This document shows positions 15,470 to 28,093 of a stretch of DNA of 64,000 bases, one piece after another (the first letter of the stretch is position 1; each line of letters begins with the position of its first letter). The notes under the pieces are model-generated. The model made no database searches. It saw only the letters and a program-made list of their open reading frames with translations, and was not told where the DNA came from. The stretch lies in the NCBI GenBank assembly GCA_951406725.2, contig OX597820.1, positions 42,780,001 through 42,844,000 on the forward strand. Direction: 5' to 3'. A program made the position numbers and the translations under genes. This stretch comes from Octopus vulgaris (taxonomy: Eukaryota).

Positions 15470-15472
<3 letters not shown>
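15026..15472 (-). mobile_element. Non-autonomous Helitron-like element
   Basis: Minus-strand 3' end has hairpin CCCGAACAACGCCGGG then CTAG|T; the other end has a GTGT microsatellite near a TC start; embedded in (TA)n. Confidence 0.7.
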
Positions 15473-15514
<42 letters not shown>

Positions 15515-16664
15515 AGAAACAGAGGTAGAAAATGGGAAGGTATATATATACATTTGAATACTTGAATAATCCCACAATAACTCCACCATTTCTTCGTTAT
15601 ATCTTCTCTTGCGTACTCTATCCATTTCCCACAAATATTTCATCTCTCCTCCACTCAATATTCTTTAATTTCTTCCTCCGTCTCTTTGTTTTACTCCTGA
15701 TTAAAACTATGGTTTCCTCTTTCTTTTCCTTCCATTCTTCATCCATGTTTTCTCTTTTAATCCTGATACGCAAGATCTTTACTTGTTTCATACGCCATTG
15801 TTCTTTACTTATTTCATAACCTTCTTTATCGAATTTTTTTTTTTTTCGAAGATATATTCTCCTTCTTATGAGTTGTTCTCTCTTCATTCATTACATTCTC
15901 GTTTCTTTATTTCATTTCACGTTTTATGAAGAAAAATTTTAAGTGAATTTTTTTCACATATATTTTTGTTCCTATCCAATCAACCTTTCCGTCGCCGATA
16001 CTTTTATTAACTCCGTCATATTTTTCATTTCATTTCCTTTTTGTATTCTTTGCTCTTATATTATTTATTACTAGCATTTCTTCTTAAATTGTTAATTTTA
16101 TTTAATTTTTTCTTGGCGCGCGTTCGATCACTCTTTATTTATTTTTCATTTTGTCTGGGGTTTTTTTCTCTACTTCACATCTTAATTTGTTTCTCAATAT
16201 CTTAACTCATTTCTTTTACTCTCTCTCTCATTCCGATTTACTTTTTCTTAATTTTCTCTTTGCCCTTTTCTATTTATTCATTTACATAAGTACGGCACGT
16301 GTTGGCGGATGTCACCACACGCGAAGAACGTATTCCTCGCCGTCCCCAAACCCACCATCATTCGTCCTGCAAGTGACTCGGACAATTTGCTAACATTGAA
16401 TCCCGATAAAACAGTCTTCAATGTCAAGAGAATACACAAGAGTAATTATTTTCTACTCTGTCTATTTTGTTGACATATTCTTCCAATATTATTATTATTG
16501 TTGTTATTAATGTTGTCCTATTTCTCTTCATTTTATTTTTCGGTTTCAGTGTATGCGTGGAAGAACTTTTGTGTGTGTATGTGTTTGTAGAAACGTATGT
16601 ATGAATATACTGAATATATACATGTGTTTATATGTATGTACATATGTGCGTTTGAGTGTGTGTG

Positions 16665-16712
<48 letters not shown>

Positions 16713-17679
16713 GTTTGTATTTGTATTTACATTTATTTCTATGTTTTTCTGCTTTTTATTTCTGTGTTCTTAAAATTTTAGTTATTCATTTTCATGCTGA
16801 AATAAAAGATCGCCCGAGTGACAGAGAATGAGGCCCTATATCGTATGATTACCTCCAGTATTTTTTTCTGTTCCGTTTCGAGTTCAAATTCATCCCTGTT
16901 CTACTGAAAGTTTTCTTCCCTATATGTTCAATAAGATAAGAACCAGTTATATACAATGGTCTAATAAATTAAATGAAATAATGTATAAGATTAAATGGCA
17001 TTATGACAACGTCAAAAAATCTAATGGCATTTGTGGTTGGACTAAATGAATATTTATATAAGAGAATGTTTATGCGTATACAAATATTAGATTGTTAGAT
17101 AAATTTGTTCATTTTCTTTTTATATCTGCACGCACCGTATCCCCTCGTCATAATACACTAGATAGAGTTAAAATATATTTCAGAAGCGATGAACAAAAAC
17201 TGCATGGTAAAACGAAATCTGCGTAAAACTATAAATTGCTTCTATCAAATATTTTTCGTGTTAATTCAAAAAATATTACAAGGATTAAAAATAAATAGAA
17301 ATAAAAACGAAGGAGTTTATATGATGACAGAGTGTGTATTGATGGTTTTCATCGTTTCGTTGGCAATCATATGTACGCGGATTCGATTCCGCTGCGAAAT
17401 GTTTTAAGCAAATGACTATTACCATAGCCTCAAATTGTCGCAAGACTTGCTGGCGGCAATTGGGAACAAACTCCGAAAGATTTCAATTGTAATTCAAAGG
17501 TTTAAACTTCTCAGACACTGTGTCTCTCTGGTTCAATTTGTGGGTTACTAGAATAAGTTACTTGTTTTTAGAATATGCAATAATGTCCATGATAATAGCT
17601 AATTCAGCTAAATTCACATCTCCAAAACCGACAAATGTCAATTTTCTTTGCATGTATGTATAATTTAGTATGTAGGTCA

Positions 17680-18006
17680 ATGTGTGGTTAATCAGGTTCC
17701 GGGTTGCGCCCCACTGTACGACACATTTGGTAAGTGACTTCCACTATAGCTACCAACGGGCCAAAGACTTGTGAATAAATTTAGCACACCAAAACTGTGT
17801 GAATATCTGTTGTTTATAAATATACATGTGCTTGTGAATGTCCACTACCACTTGACAACCTGTGTTGTTTACGTCCTCGCAACTTAGCCGTTTGGCATAA
17901 ACGGCCTATATAATAGGCACAAGACTTAAAATTAAGTACTGAGGTCGATATGTTCGAATACACCCATCAATAGCAATGTTCCAGTGACTGAAACAGGTAA
18001 AAGATA
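17680..18006 (+). mobile_element. SINE family A, old diverged copy
   Basis: GGTTCCGGGTTGCGCCCCACTG head remnant and GTGACTGAAACAGGTAAAAGA tail. Confidence 0.65.
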
Positions 18007-18819
18007 TACGGGTATCGGATTTGTGATTCTTGTTGCTTTTCTTTTGTTGTTGTTGTTGTTGTTGTTGTTGTTGCCTTAATCCGGTATTCTGTTTTTGGTA
18101 CTGTTTTGTTAGCACCCGGTAGGTCCTAATTGATCAGAACTATATGTTAAATCTTGCTAGCGACGAGCAAGGTTTTAGGGGTTTTGTTTCAAATAATTTA
18201 TCTAGCGCCTCATTAAGCAATATTTACTTTTGGGGTTTTCTTTTTTTTTCTTCAAAGTTTATTTTATGACAATTTGCAAAGATCCCTTCCATATTGATTG
18301 CCCAAGTTGAAGAGGCGAGCTGACAGAGCGCTGGTCTAAACAGGAAAGTATATTTCCTTTATGCTCCTACAGTTCTGAGCTTCAAATGGTACCAATAAAG
18401 TAGATATTCTGCAAGGCCTTGGGGCGAATCAATTATTCTTCAACAGTGGAAACCTGTGAGAAACTAAGAATACATTAAACGTTCAAAAACATTTTTTCTT
18501 GTGATTCGAAAAAGATCAGACATGTAAGTTATGTAACATGATAGCGTTTTTTTTGTTCACGAAATATATTTTTAAATGAGCCATATTTACTATTGCGGTC
18601 CAGTATGTTGCTAACATTTATTTTATCTACCCAGGAAAGATATTTTCCAAGTTATCATGTTTATTCTGTGATAATAATTCCCTGAGTGTATGCATGTATG
18701 TAAATATGTACATGTATGTGTGTGTGCGTGGGTATGTATGTAAATATGTACATGTATGTATGAAAATACGTACATATGTGTTTGCATGTGTTATGGCATA
18801 TATAGAGAGAGTGAAGTCA

Positions 18820-19565
18820 AAATTTTAGCTAATCCAGCTGCACCGAAATCGCCAGAGACATTGTAGAAATGCATCAAAATTCATTCATGCTAAAACACAT
18901 ACGACCATTATTAAATGCTTAAAAAACTTCACAATGATCTATCAATCCTACTCTATACTTTTAAAAAATTCAGTAAAATCCTGCTTTCAATTAAGTATCA
19001 GACCATCACTGAATATCACATAACGAAAATAAAATATCTAAACTTCACAAAATGTTTATTTGGGTAATATATATACATGCAAACCCTATTCGTCGAGACT
19101 ATTTGCGCATTATTAAATGTTGTAGGTATCTATATATCTATCTAAAGACTTGGTGTTTGGGCTACATTTGTGTATTTTATATATCTCCTTTATTCGGGAA
19201 CAGCTTGATATATTGGGAATATGTCAATGGTATCAGCGGTATTTCGGCTGCCGTTACGTTGTGAGTTCAAATTCCGCCGAGGTCGACTTTGCCTTTCATC
19301 CTTTCGGGGTCGATAAATTAAGTACCAGTTAAGCACTGGGATCGATATAATCGACCTAATACCTACGTCTGTCCATGTTTGTCCCCTCTATATTTAGCCC
19401 CTTGTGGGTAATAAAGAAATAGAAATAGGTATCGGAGTGTTTAAAGACTAAAATTGTAACTGAAAAAATTTAGTTAGCGTGAGGATTGTCAGGCATTTAA
19501 ACATTGGAAATATTTTCCTGTTTCATAATGATTTAAGCCAGGTATCAAAATGCCGATCTCGTGGC
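18820..19565 (-). pseudogene. Possible highly decayed mariner transposase, interrupted by a SINE
   Basis: Weak WVPHxLT-like and GDExW-like remnants on the minus strand; no TIRs found. Confidence 0.25.
19235..19427 (+). mobile_element. SINE family B, 5'-truncated, candidate 6 bp TSD
   Basis: Matches the 184 bp unit at 45223; GGTATC flanks both sides (19229-19234, 19428-19433). Confidence 0.85.
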
Positions 19566-19938
19566 TACACGCTCAGGGCTGTGTGAATAGTATAAATTAA
19601 GTAAGATGTGACAAGAACGAGACTACGAATCCAGGTCCAGCAGGAAGTAATACAATAGGCGTTCTCGATATGTCCGCACGCTGGAATTCTTCCGACAAGT
19701 AACAATGCCGTCTAGAGACCGTCGTCAGCAATACGACATTTTTCAGATACACACTATTGGAAATGTTGCAAGACACAACGAAAATTTTAAAAAATAAATA
19801 AGTAAATGAGTGGAAATTTTACCGGTGAGTGTGTTAAATTACAAGGCACTAAAAGAGAATGACTCACCCCAGACACAACAGTACATATATATATATATAT
19901 ATAAACGGCAGCCGAAATACATACATATACATATATAT

Positions 19939-20419
19939 AATTAAAATCAGGGTAAAAATTGATATTTATCAATTAGAACCAGTGGTCTAGCATATTAAAG
20001 AAAGAATCCGAAGATTAAAATATTTATATATACCAATTAAGGACTGCACACGAAAAGTGGACAGTCAACATGCTAGATATAGACGTCAAATCGCCATTCT
20101 CCACAAAAAGTTTATGTTCTCAGATCAAACTCAACAAAACCAAAGCAATAAACAAGTGAAAAATATACGAAATAAATATTTACCCATGTACTAAATTTAG
20201 TTTCAGCTGTTATTTTCCGCTGATGATGCTGCACTTTTCCTTGCGGAAAATAACAGCTGAAACTAAATTTAGTACATGGGTAAATATTTATTTCGTATAT
20301 TTTTCACTTGTTTATTGCTTTGGTTTTGTTGAGTTTGATCTGAGAACATAAACTTTTTGTGGAGAAATGATTGTCTATATCTAGCATGTTGACTTTCCAC
20401 TTTTCGTGTAGTCATAATT

Positions 20420-20425
<6 letters not shown>
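19939..20425. mobile_element. Palindromic hammerhead-bearing element, homologous to 57990-58808
   Basis: Inverted arms ~20025-20220 / 20243-20425 with 22 bp spacer; terminal ~86 bp single-copy; (TA)n on both sides. Confidence 0.85.
20220..20280 (+). ncRNA. Hammerhead ribozyme motif, 5' strand of stem I lost at the inversion junction
   Basis: CUGAUGA-U GCUG..UUUUCC UUGC GGAAAA..CAGC U-GAAA-CUAAAUUUAG UA^CAUGGG; palindromic stem III ACUAAAUUUAGU. Confidence 0.65.
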
Positions 20426-20493
<68 letters not shown>

Positions 20494-20769
20494 ATGAAGG
20501 TCAAATTAATTAATTTGGAATAATTATCAATTACCAAGTAGTCTTCGGCATGTAAAAGCCTCATTCGAGGAAAATTTAAGTAATACTAAGCAATAAAGGG
20601 TTTAGCAACGAATTGCCTTACCACATACCGAATTTAGAAATAGCAGTCAAAGAGTTATAGCTATTTCTTCTACTAAAAGGAGATCTCAGTAAAAACAGCA
20701 ATTGGAAGGCAGACACAAACAGGTAAGAGAGAATGAATTGACGGCAATCTATCATACAATTTTAAGTTA

Positions 20770-20870
20770 TCTACGGACGTACGTTTCGAAATCAAGTTTT
20801 TAGGAAAGCATAAGAATTAAATATCAAATAATTCTATCTTACCAAGAACTTCTTTTCTCTTCAGCGTAGA
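20770..20870 (-). ncRNA. Type I hammerhead ribozyme (array copy 1)
   Basis: UCUACG-CUGAAGA-[70 nt stem II closed by GAAA/UUUC]-GAAA-CGUACG UC^CGUAGA; perfect 6 bp stem I, GUC triplet. Confidence 0.88.
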
Positions 20871-21362
20871 ATACTATAATCATAAATGATTATATATTGA
20901 ATTTTGAGATACTAGAAGGCATCAACTCAACTCAGTATCAGAGCGAGCTAGAATCCGCAACTAGTATCACCAAATTCAATGTGTGAATGAAAAGATTGTG
21001 TCACCAGCCCCTTCCCACCCGCGTGTAGCCAAAACAAGATGCTGTGGTCATCTACTGAGATAAAATATGGTTATCCGTAATAATGAAGGGTGAAATTAAT
21101 TAATTTGGAATAATTATCAATTACACCAAGTAGTCTTCGGCATGTAAAAGCCTCATTCGAGGAAAATTTAAGTAATACTAAGCAATAAAGGGTTTAGCAA
21201 CGAATTGCCTTACCACATACCGAATTTAGAAATAGCAGTCAAAGAGTTATAGCTATTTCTTCTACTAAAAAGGAGATCTCAGTAAAAACAGCAATTGGAA
21301 GGCAGACACAAACAGGTAAGAGAGAATGAATTGACGGCAATCTATCATACAATTTTAAGTTA

Positions 21363-21463
21363 TCTACGGACGTACGTTTCGAAATCAAGTTTTTAGGAAA
21401 GCATAAGAATTAAATATCAAATAATTCTATCTTACCAAGAACTTCTTTTCTCTTCAGCGTAGA
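21363..21463 (-). ncRNA. Type I hammerhead ribozyme (array copy 2)
   Basis: Same motif as 20770-20870. Confidence 0.88.
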
Positions 21464-21956
21464 ATACTATAATCATAAATGATTATATATTGAATTTTGA
21501 GATACTAGAAGGCATCAACTCAGCTCAGTATCAGAGCGAGCTAGAATCCGCAACTAGTATCACCAAATTCAATGTGTGAATGAAAAGATTGTGTCACCAG
21601 CCCCTTCCCACCCGCGTGTAGCCAAAACAAGATGCTGTGGTCATCTACTGAGATAAAATATGGTTATCCGTAATAATGAAGGGTGAAATTAATTAATTTG
21701 GAATAATTATCAATTACACCAAGTAGTCATCGGCATGTAAAGGCCTCATTCGAGGAAAATTTAAGTAATACTAAGCAATAAAGGGTTTAGCAACGAATTG
21801 CCTTACCACATACCGAATTTAGAAATAGCAGTCAAAGAGTTATAGCTATTTCTTCTACTAAAAAGGGAGATCTCAGTAAAAACAGCAATTGGAAGGCAGA
21901 CACAAACAGGTAAGAGAGAATGAATTGACGGCAATCTATCATACAATTTTAAGTTA

Positions 21957-22057
21957 TCTACGGACGTACGTTTCGAAATCAAGTTTTTAGGAAAGCATAA
22001 GAATTAAATATCAAATAATTCTATCTTACCAAGAACTTCTTTTCTCTTCAGCGTAGA
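21957..22057 (-). ncRNA. Type I hammerhead ribozyme (array copy 3)
   Basis: Same motif as 20770-20870. Confidence 0.88.
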
Positions 22058-22240
22058 ATACTATAATCATAAATGATTATATATTGAATGGGGTGGGAAG
22101 GGGCTGGTGACACAATCTTTTCATTCACACATTGAATTTGGTGATACTAGTTGCGGATTCTAGCTCGCTCTGATACTGAGTTGAGTTGATGCCTTCTAGT
22201 ATCTCAAAATTCAATATATAATCATTTATGATTATAGTAT

Positions 22241-22341
22241 TCTACGCTGAAGTGAAAAGAAGTTCTTGGTAAGATAGAATTATTTGATATTTAATTCTTA
22301 TGCTTTCCTAAAAACTTGATTTCGAAACGTACGTCCGTAGA
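22241..22341 (+). ncRNA. Type I hammerhead ribozyme (array copy 4, core A9U substitution)
   Basis: Core reads CTGAAGT (T at 22253) instead of CTGAAGA. Confidence 0.7.
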
Positions 22342-22833
22342 TAACTTAAAATTGTATGATAGATTGCCGTCAATTCATTCTCTCTTACCTGTTTGTGTCT
22401 GCCTTCCAATTGCTGTTTTTACTGAGATCTCCTTTTTAGTAGAAGAAATAGCTATAACTCTTTGACTGCTATTTCTAAATTCGGTATGTGGTAAGGCAAT
22501 TCGTTGCTAAACCCTTTATTGCTTAGTATTACTTAAATTTTCCTCGAATGAGGCTTTTACATGCCGAAGACTACTTGGTGTAATTGATAATTATTCCAAA
22601 TTAATTAATTTCACCCTTCATTATTACGGATAACCATATTTTATCTCAGTAGATGACCACAGCATCTTGTTTTGGCTACACGCGGGTGGGAAGGGGCTGG
22701 TGACACAATCTTTTCATTCACACATTGAATTTGGTGATACTAGTTGCGGATTCTAGCTCGCTCTGATACTGAGTTGAGTTGATGCCTTCTAGTATCTCAA
22801 AATTCAATATATAATCATTTATGATTATAGTAT

Positions 22834-22934
22834 TCTACGCTGAAGAGAAAAGAAGTTCTTGGTAAGATAGAATTATTTGATATTTAATTCTTATGCTTTC
22901 CTAAAAACTTGATTTCGAAACGTACGTCCGTAGA
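22834..22934 (+). ncRNA. Type I hammerhead ribozyme (array copy 5)
   Basis: CTGAAGA 22840-22846, GAAA 22917-22920, predicted cleavage after C22928, stem I TCTACG/CGTAGA. Confidence 0.88.
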
Positions 22935-23118
22935 TAACTTAAAATTGTATGATAGATTGCCGTCAATTCATTCTCTCTTACCTGTTTGTGTCTGCCTTCC
23001 AATTGCTGTTTTTACTGAGATCTCCTTTTAGTAGAAGAAATAGCTATAACTCTTTGACTGCTATTTCTAAATTCGGTATGTGGTAAGGCAATTCGTTGCT
23101 AAACCCTTTATTGCTTAG

Positions 23119-24011
<893 letters not shown>

Positions 24012-26367
24012 TATACACACTCGTACGTACGTACACCTATTGCAACAATACGAATATATTTTTCGCTTCGATACAGCAGAGATATTCTACCGAATGCTCC
24101 CAGTTCCGTCCGCACTGTGTTATAAAAGATCTTGCAAAGTTAAGAATGTTGGTAACTCCTAAATTAATTAATTTCGTACATATGACATTAATTACAGATT
24201 GTGTTCTGTTTTATCTTTATATTTTCTTGTAAGGATTTAATCTGCCAAAACGGATCGGAACGAAATAAAAGTCTTGTAATTGGTCTGAAGAGAGTAATAT
24301 ACTGAAATACCCCTTTCACTCTGCATGAATAAATATATCGTATTATACTTATGCAACAATAAAGATTTCTAATAAAACAAATATAGTAATACCAGATATT
24401 CATTCGTCTGTTTATATCATATATACTCACACAGCGTGTGTGTATGTATGTGAATGTGTGCGTATATTTGTGTGGGGTGATATCATGTATATACACATAT
24501 ATATATATATATATGCATGTATGTTCAGAGATGAAGAGAGACATTTGTGAGAGAAAGAAAGAGAGAAAAGCATACAACAATATGAAATTATTTTCTGTAC
24601 TCTTCTAACACCACATACGTGCGTATGGAAAGTCTAGCAATTTCACAGATGCAATCAAAGAATTGGTCAAACGGTCATTCACTTTATCGAAGAACTAAAT
24701 AATCATAGGCACAATTATTAGAAGATCCGTTAAACACACGCACACACACATGTTATATATGTATATATATGTATTATATATGTACATACATATGTATGTG
24801 TATATATTCTATATATACAATACATATGACTATGTAAGTGTATGTGTAGACAATTGTATGTATGTATGTATGTATGTATGTATGTTTGTATGTATGTATG
24901 TATGTATGTACGTATGTATGTATGTACGTATGTATGTATGTACGTATGTATGTATGTATGTATGTTTGTATGTATGTATGTATGTACGCACACATAGTTT
25001 TATAGAACTTTATGCAACGTTCTTGCTTCGTCTTCATTTTGCTCCTGTTTGATTTTTCATTTCGCCGCTGGAAAATGTGTGCACATGATTGGTTGAATGT
25101 TCCTGATTATTATTATAGTGAAGATGACACTGATGACGAAGAGAAGGTGAGTAGAAGTGATGATGATGAGGAGGAGGGGTGGAGAAATAGGAAGGATAAG
25201 AGGAGTACGATGGTGATGTAAATGATACTGATGATGATGACGACCACCACGAAGATGATGATGATGACGATGACGATACCGACGACGATGACGACGGCGG
25301 CACCGACAACGGTTCGGTGGTGATAATGATGATTATGTTGATGATTGTTTTCTTATTATATCCGTTTCATTGTCACCATATTCAATGTAACACTACCTCT
25401 TTTGTTGTGGAACATTTCAATAGTAGAAGAAAAAAAATATTAGGTGGCAGAATTATTCATCTGCATTCCATTGTATTCGGCAAGAAATCTTCTTAATGCC
25501 TTCCTATACTTATTTGCTACAGCACATGGTGTGATGAAATGCAAGGTTTCTTCTGTCTAGTCTGTTATTTCAGGTTTCATAGATCAAATTGCAGCACAAT
25601 AACCTCCATTCATCTCCACAAAAATAACAACAAATACAGAAATGAACAATACAAGAATTTTCTTAAAAACAGAAGGAATGCAAAATAAGTCAGTATTATT
25701 GTCTTAACATTGCGTTGTTAACATACACAACGTTGTTAAAACTTTATATTCATTGTGCTGTGCTTAATATGTTATTAATATGTGCTTAATATGCGTATTT
25801 CATATTACTTCCTTGTTATTGGGGTTCTTATATATTCCTAGTTCAGCCCTTTTGCGGGAGATATAGATTGGAATTGTTCCTTTTTAACCTGGGGCTTCAT
25901 TATTAACAGTGTCCCTTTTAATTTAAAGAGAACATAGTGTAGTTTCTCAGACATTTTGCTGATATTTCAGTGAGATTTCTGTAGAAGCGCATTCTACCCT
26001 TTGGTGACTAATACTGTATTGATGATGATCATCATCATCATGATGGTAGTGGTGGTGGTGGTGGTGGTGGTGGTGGTGTGGTAGGGTGATGTTATTGGTG
26101 TTGGTGGTGGTGTTAGTGTTGGTGATGCGGTGATAGTTGAACACAGCGTTGATATGTAGTAAGAAATGCTTCAAAGATAATCAACCTAAAAAACAAATGC
26201 GTGTCACCCGCAGAGGTGCATATGATAAAGACAACGAGCTCTCATTTTATGCTACTGATCAATGTTTAATAGAGATAACTTAAGTTGCCACCTTATTAAG
26301 TATATGTTGACCATTGCTTATCATACCATATGTTTAAATACTTATGCTCTGAACTGGAATAATTTAA

Positions 26368-26588
26368 CCCATTAATGCATAGCGTCCAGAAAAATGAACG
26401 CAGGAAAAATTAGTATCACTTGTTTCATACGTGTGTATAGCTTGCTTGTTTGTACGCAGCGCCTGCTCACTCAGAGAGCACTAGTTTAGACACAGACTAC
26501 GCCAAAAGTAAGCTCAATAGGTAGTTTACTTAACAAGCAATGGTAATTTTTCCTGCGTCCATTTTTCTGGACACTATGCATTAATGGG
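26368..26588. mobile_element. piggyBac-type MITE (221 bp)
   Basis: TTAA on both sides (26364-26367, 26589-26592); CCC...GGG ends; 45 bp TIRs with 2 mismatches. Confidence 0.9.
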
Positions 26589-26906
26589 TTAACATAAAAT
26601 ATTCAGATGAAGATGGTGAGTAGAAAATGCTATGTACTAATCATAATAGACTATTTTCATCATCTCTGTATAATTAACACATAAGTGGAGAAGCTTCCAG
26701 GCTACCTTAGTGCCTTGGTGCCCAACAAAGGAATAAATTACTCTATTAATTTTGCTTGTTTTCTGATGATCTGGCCTTATGATGTGATTAAGCAACCATC
26801 TTTGTAGCGATTACTGTATAGCAGTGGTTTCCAACCTCGAGTCCGCAAAGCTAGTACTGGGGGTCTGTGAACTAAATTCAAAAATTATACATGCATACAT
26901 ATACAA

Positions 26907-26939
<33 letters not shown>

Positions 26940-28093
26940 CTACCATTAAAGACCCGTCGTTGCCGGGTCATAGTGCTAGTCCATGTATATATGTGTATAT
27001 ATATGTGTACATATTACATGTACATCTATATATATACATCTACACATAAAATACAAAATACAAAGTTATATTTTGATATCGCTAGTGATAACAATACACA
27101 AAATATATAACAGACTGGAATTGTTAGCCCGTCTCTTGTAATTTCAATCAGTTGTATCTTGTCCTCTCTCTTGTATAGAAGTGTGGCTACAATCCAGCCT
27201 ACCTCTACTTCGGGGGGGAAGACATTTTTTTCCGGGACGTCCTACGTCCCAGATATAAAGGTAAAAATAAAATATTTCTACTTTGCAAGTTCGATTCGAC
27301 TACTCCCTTGCACGCTCCGTTGACTCGAACCTTGCTTCTATTGTGGCGAATTTACCACCTCTGGTAAGATACCTTTCATAGTCGCACCAAGACACTTTTC
27401 GAAGGTGCTTTCCTCTATGTGTTCAAATCTTCTTTTTTCTCTACATTCTATACTTTATAGGCAATAGTCTTTTCTTTAATTTAATTTTTTATTATCCATC
27501 TGGACTATTCCATTTTTGCACGCTAATTTTATTTTTGATATATTCCCATTCATGTGAAACCACTTATTCAAGTTCAAATCATTGATGCAATTTTATACCA
27601 ATTGCTATGTTTACTTTTGTTATGTCACTTTATTTGATTTTAATTATTACTTACTACATATAATTCAATTGTTATTATTATTTTTATTGTTAAAGTGAAA
27701 GTATCTGACATAAAATAGAGAAACGTTTTTGTTTCACTTTTAACACGTAATACTGAAATAGTGGAGAAGATATGATATTGCTATGGGCTCGCTCTAGGCA
27801 AAAAGTTGAACATATTTTTTGCCCATGAAACTACATGGACTCTAAGAAAGGCATGTGTAAAATTTGAATGGAATTGATTGTGTAGTTCTCAAGTTTTAGG
27901 GAATCGTAGTGGAGAAGATGTGATATTGCTGTGGGCTCGCCCTAGGCAAAAAGTTAAAATTTTTTGTCGACGATACTCGCCGGACCCTAAGTAAGGCATG
28001 TGTAGAATTTGTGTAGTTCTCAAGTTTTAGGGAAACACACAGAGAGACAGACTGACAGACAGACACACATTCTCAGTTTTATATATATAAAGA
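26940..28093 (-). mobile_element. Non-autonomous Helitron-like element
   Basis: Minus strand starts with TC, then a TA-rich run, AAAACTGAG and (GTCT)n; ends in hairpin GACCCG-GCAACGA-CGGGTC then GTAG|T; internal ~148 bp tandem duplication (27759/27907). Confidence 0.7.

Noticed and set aside
26822-26900. hAT-like TIR CAGTGGTTTCCAACCT (a similar one at ~48566)
   Set aside because: No partner TIR or 8 bp TSD found.
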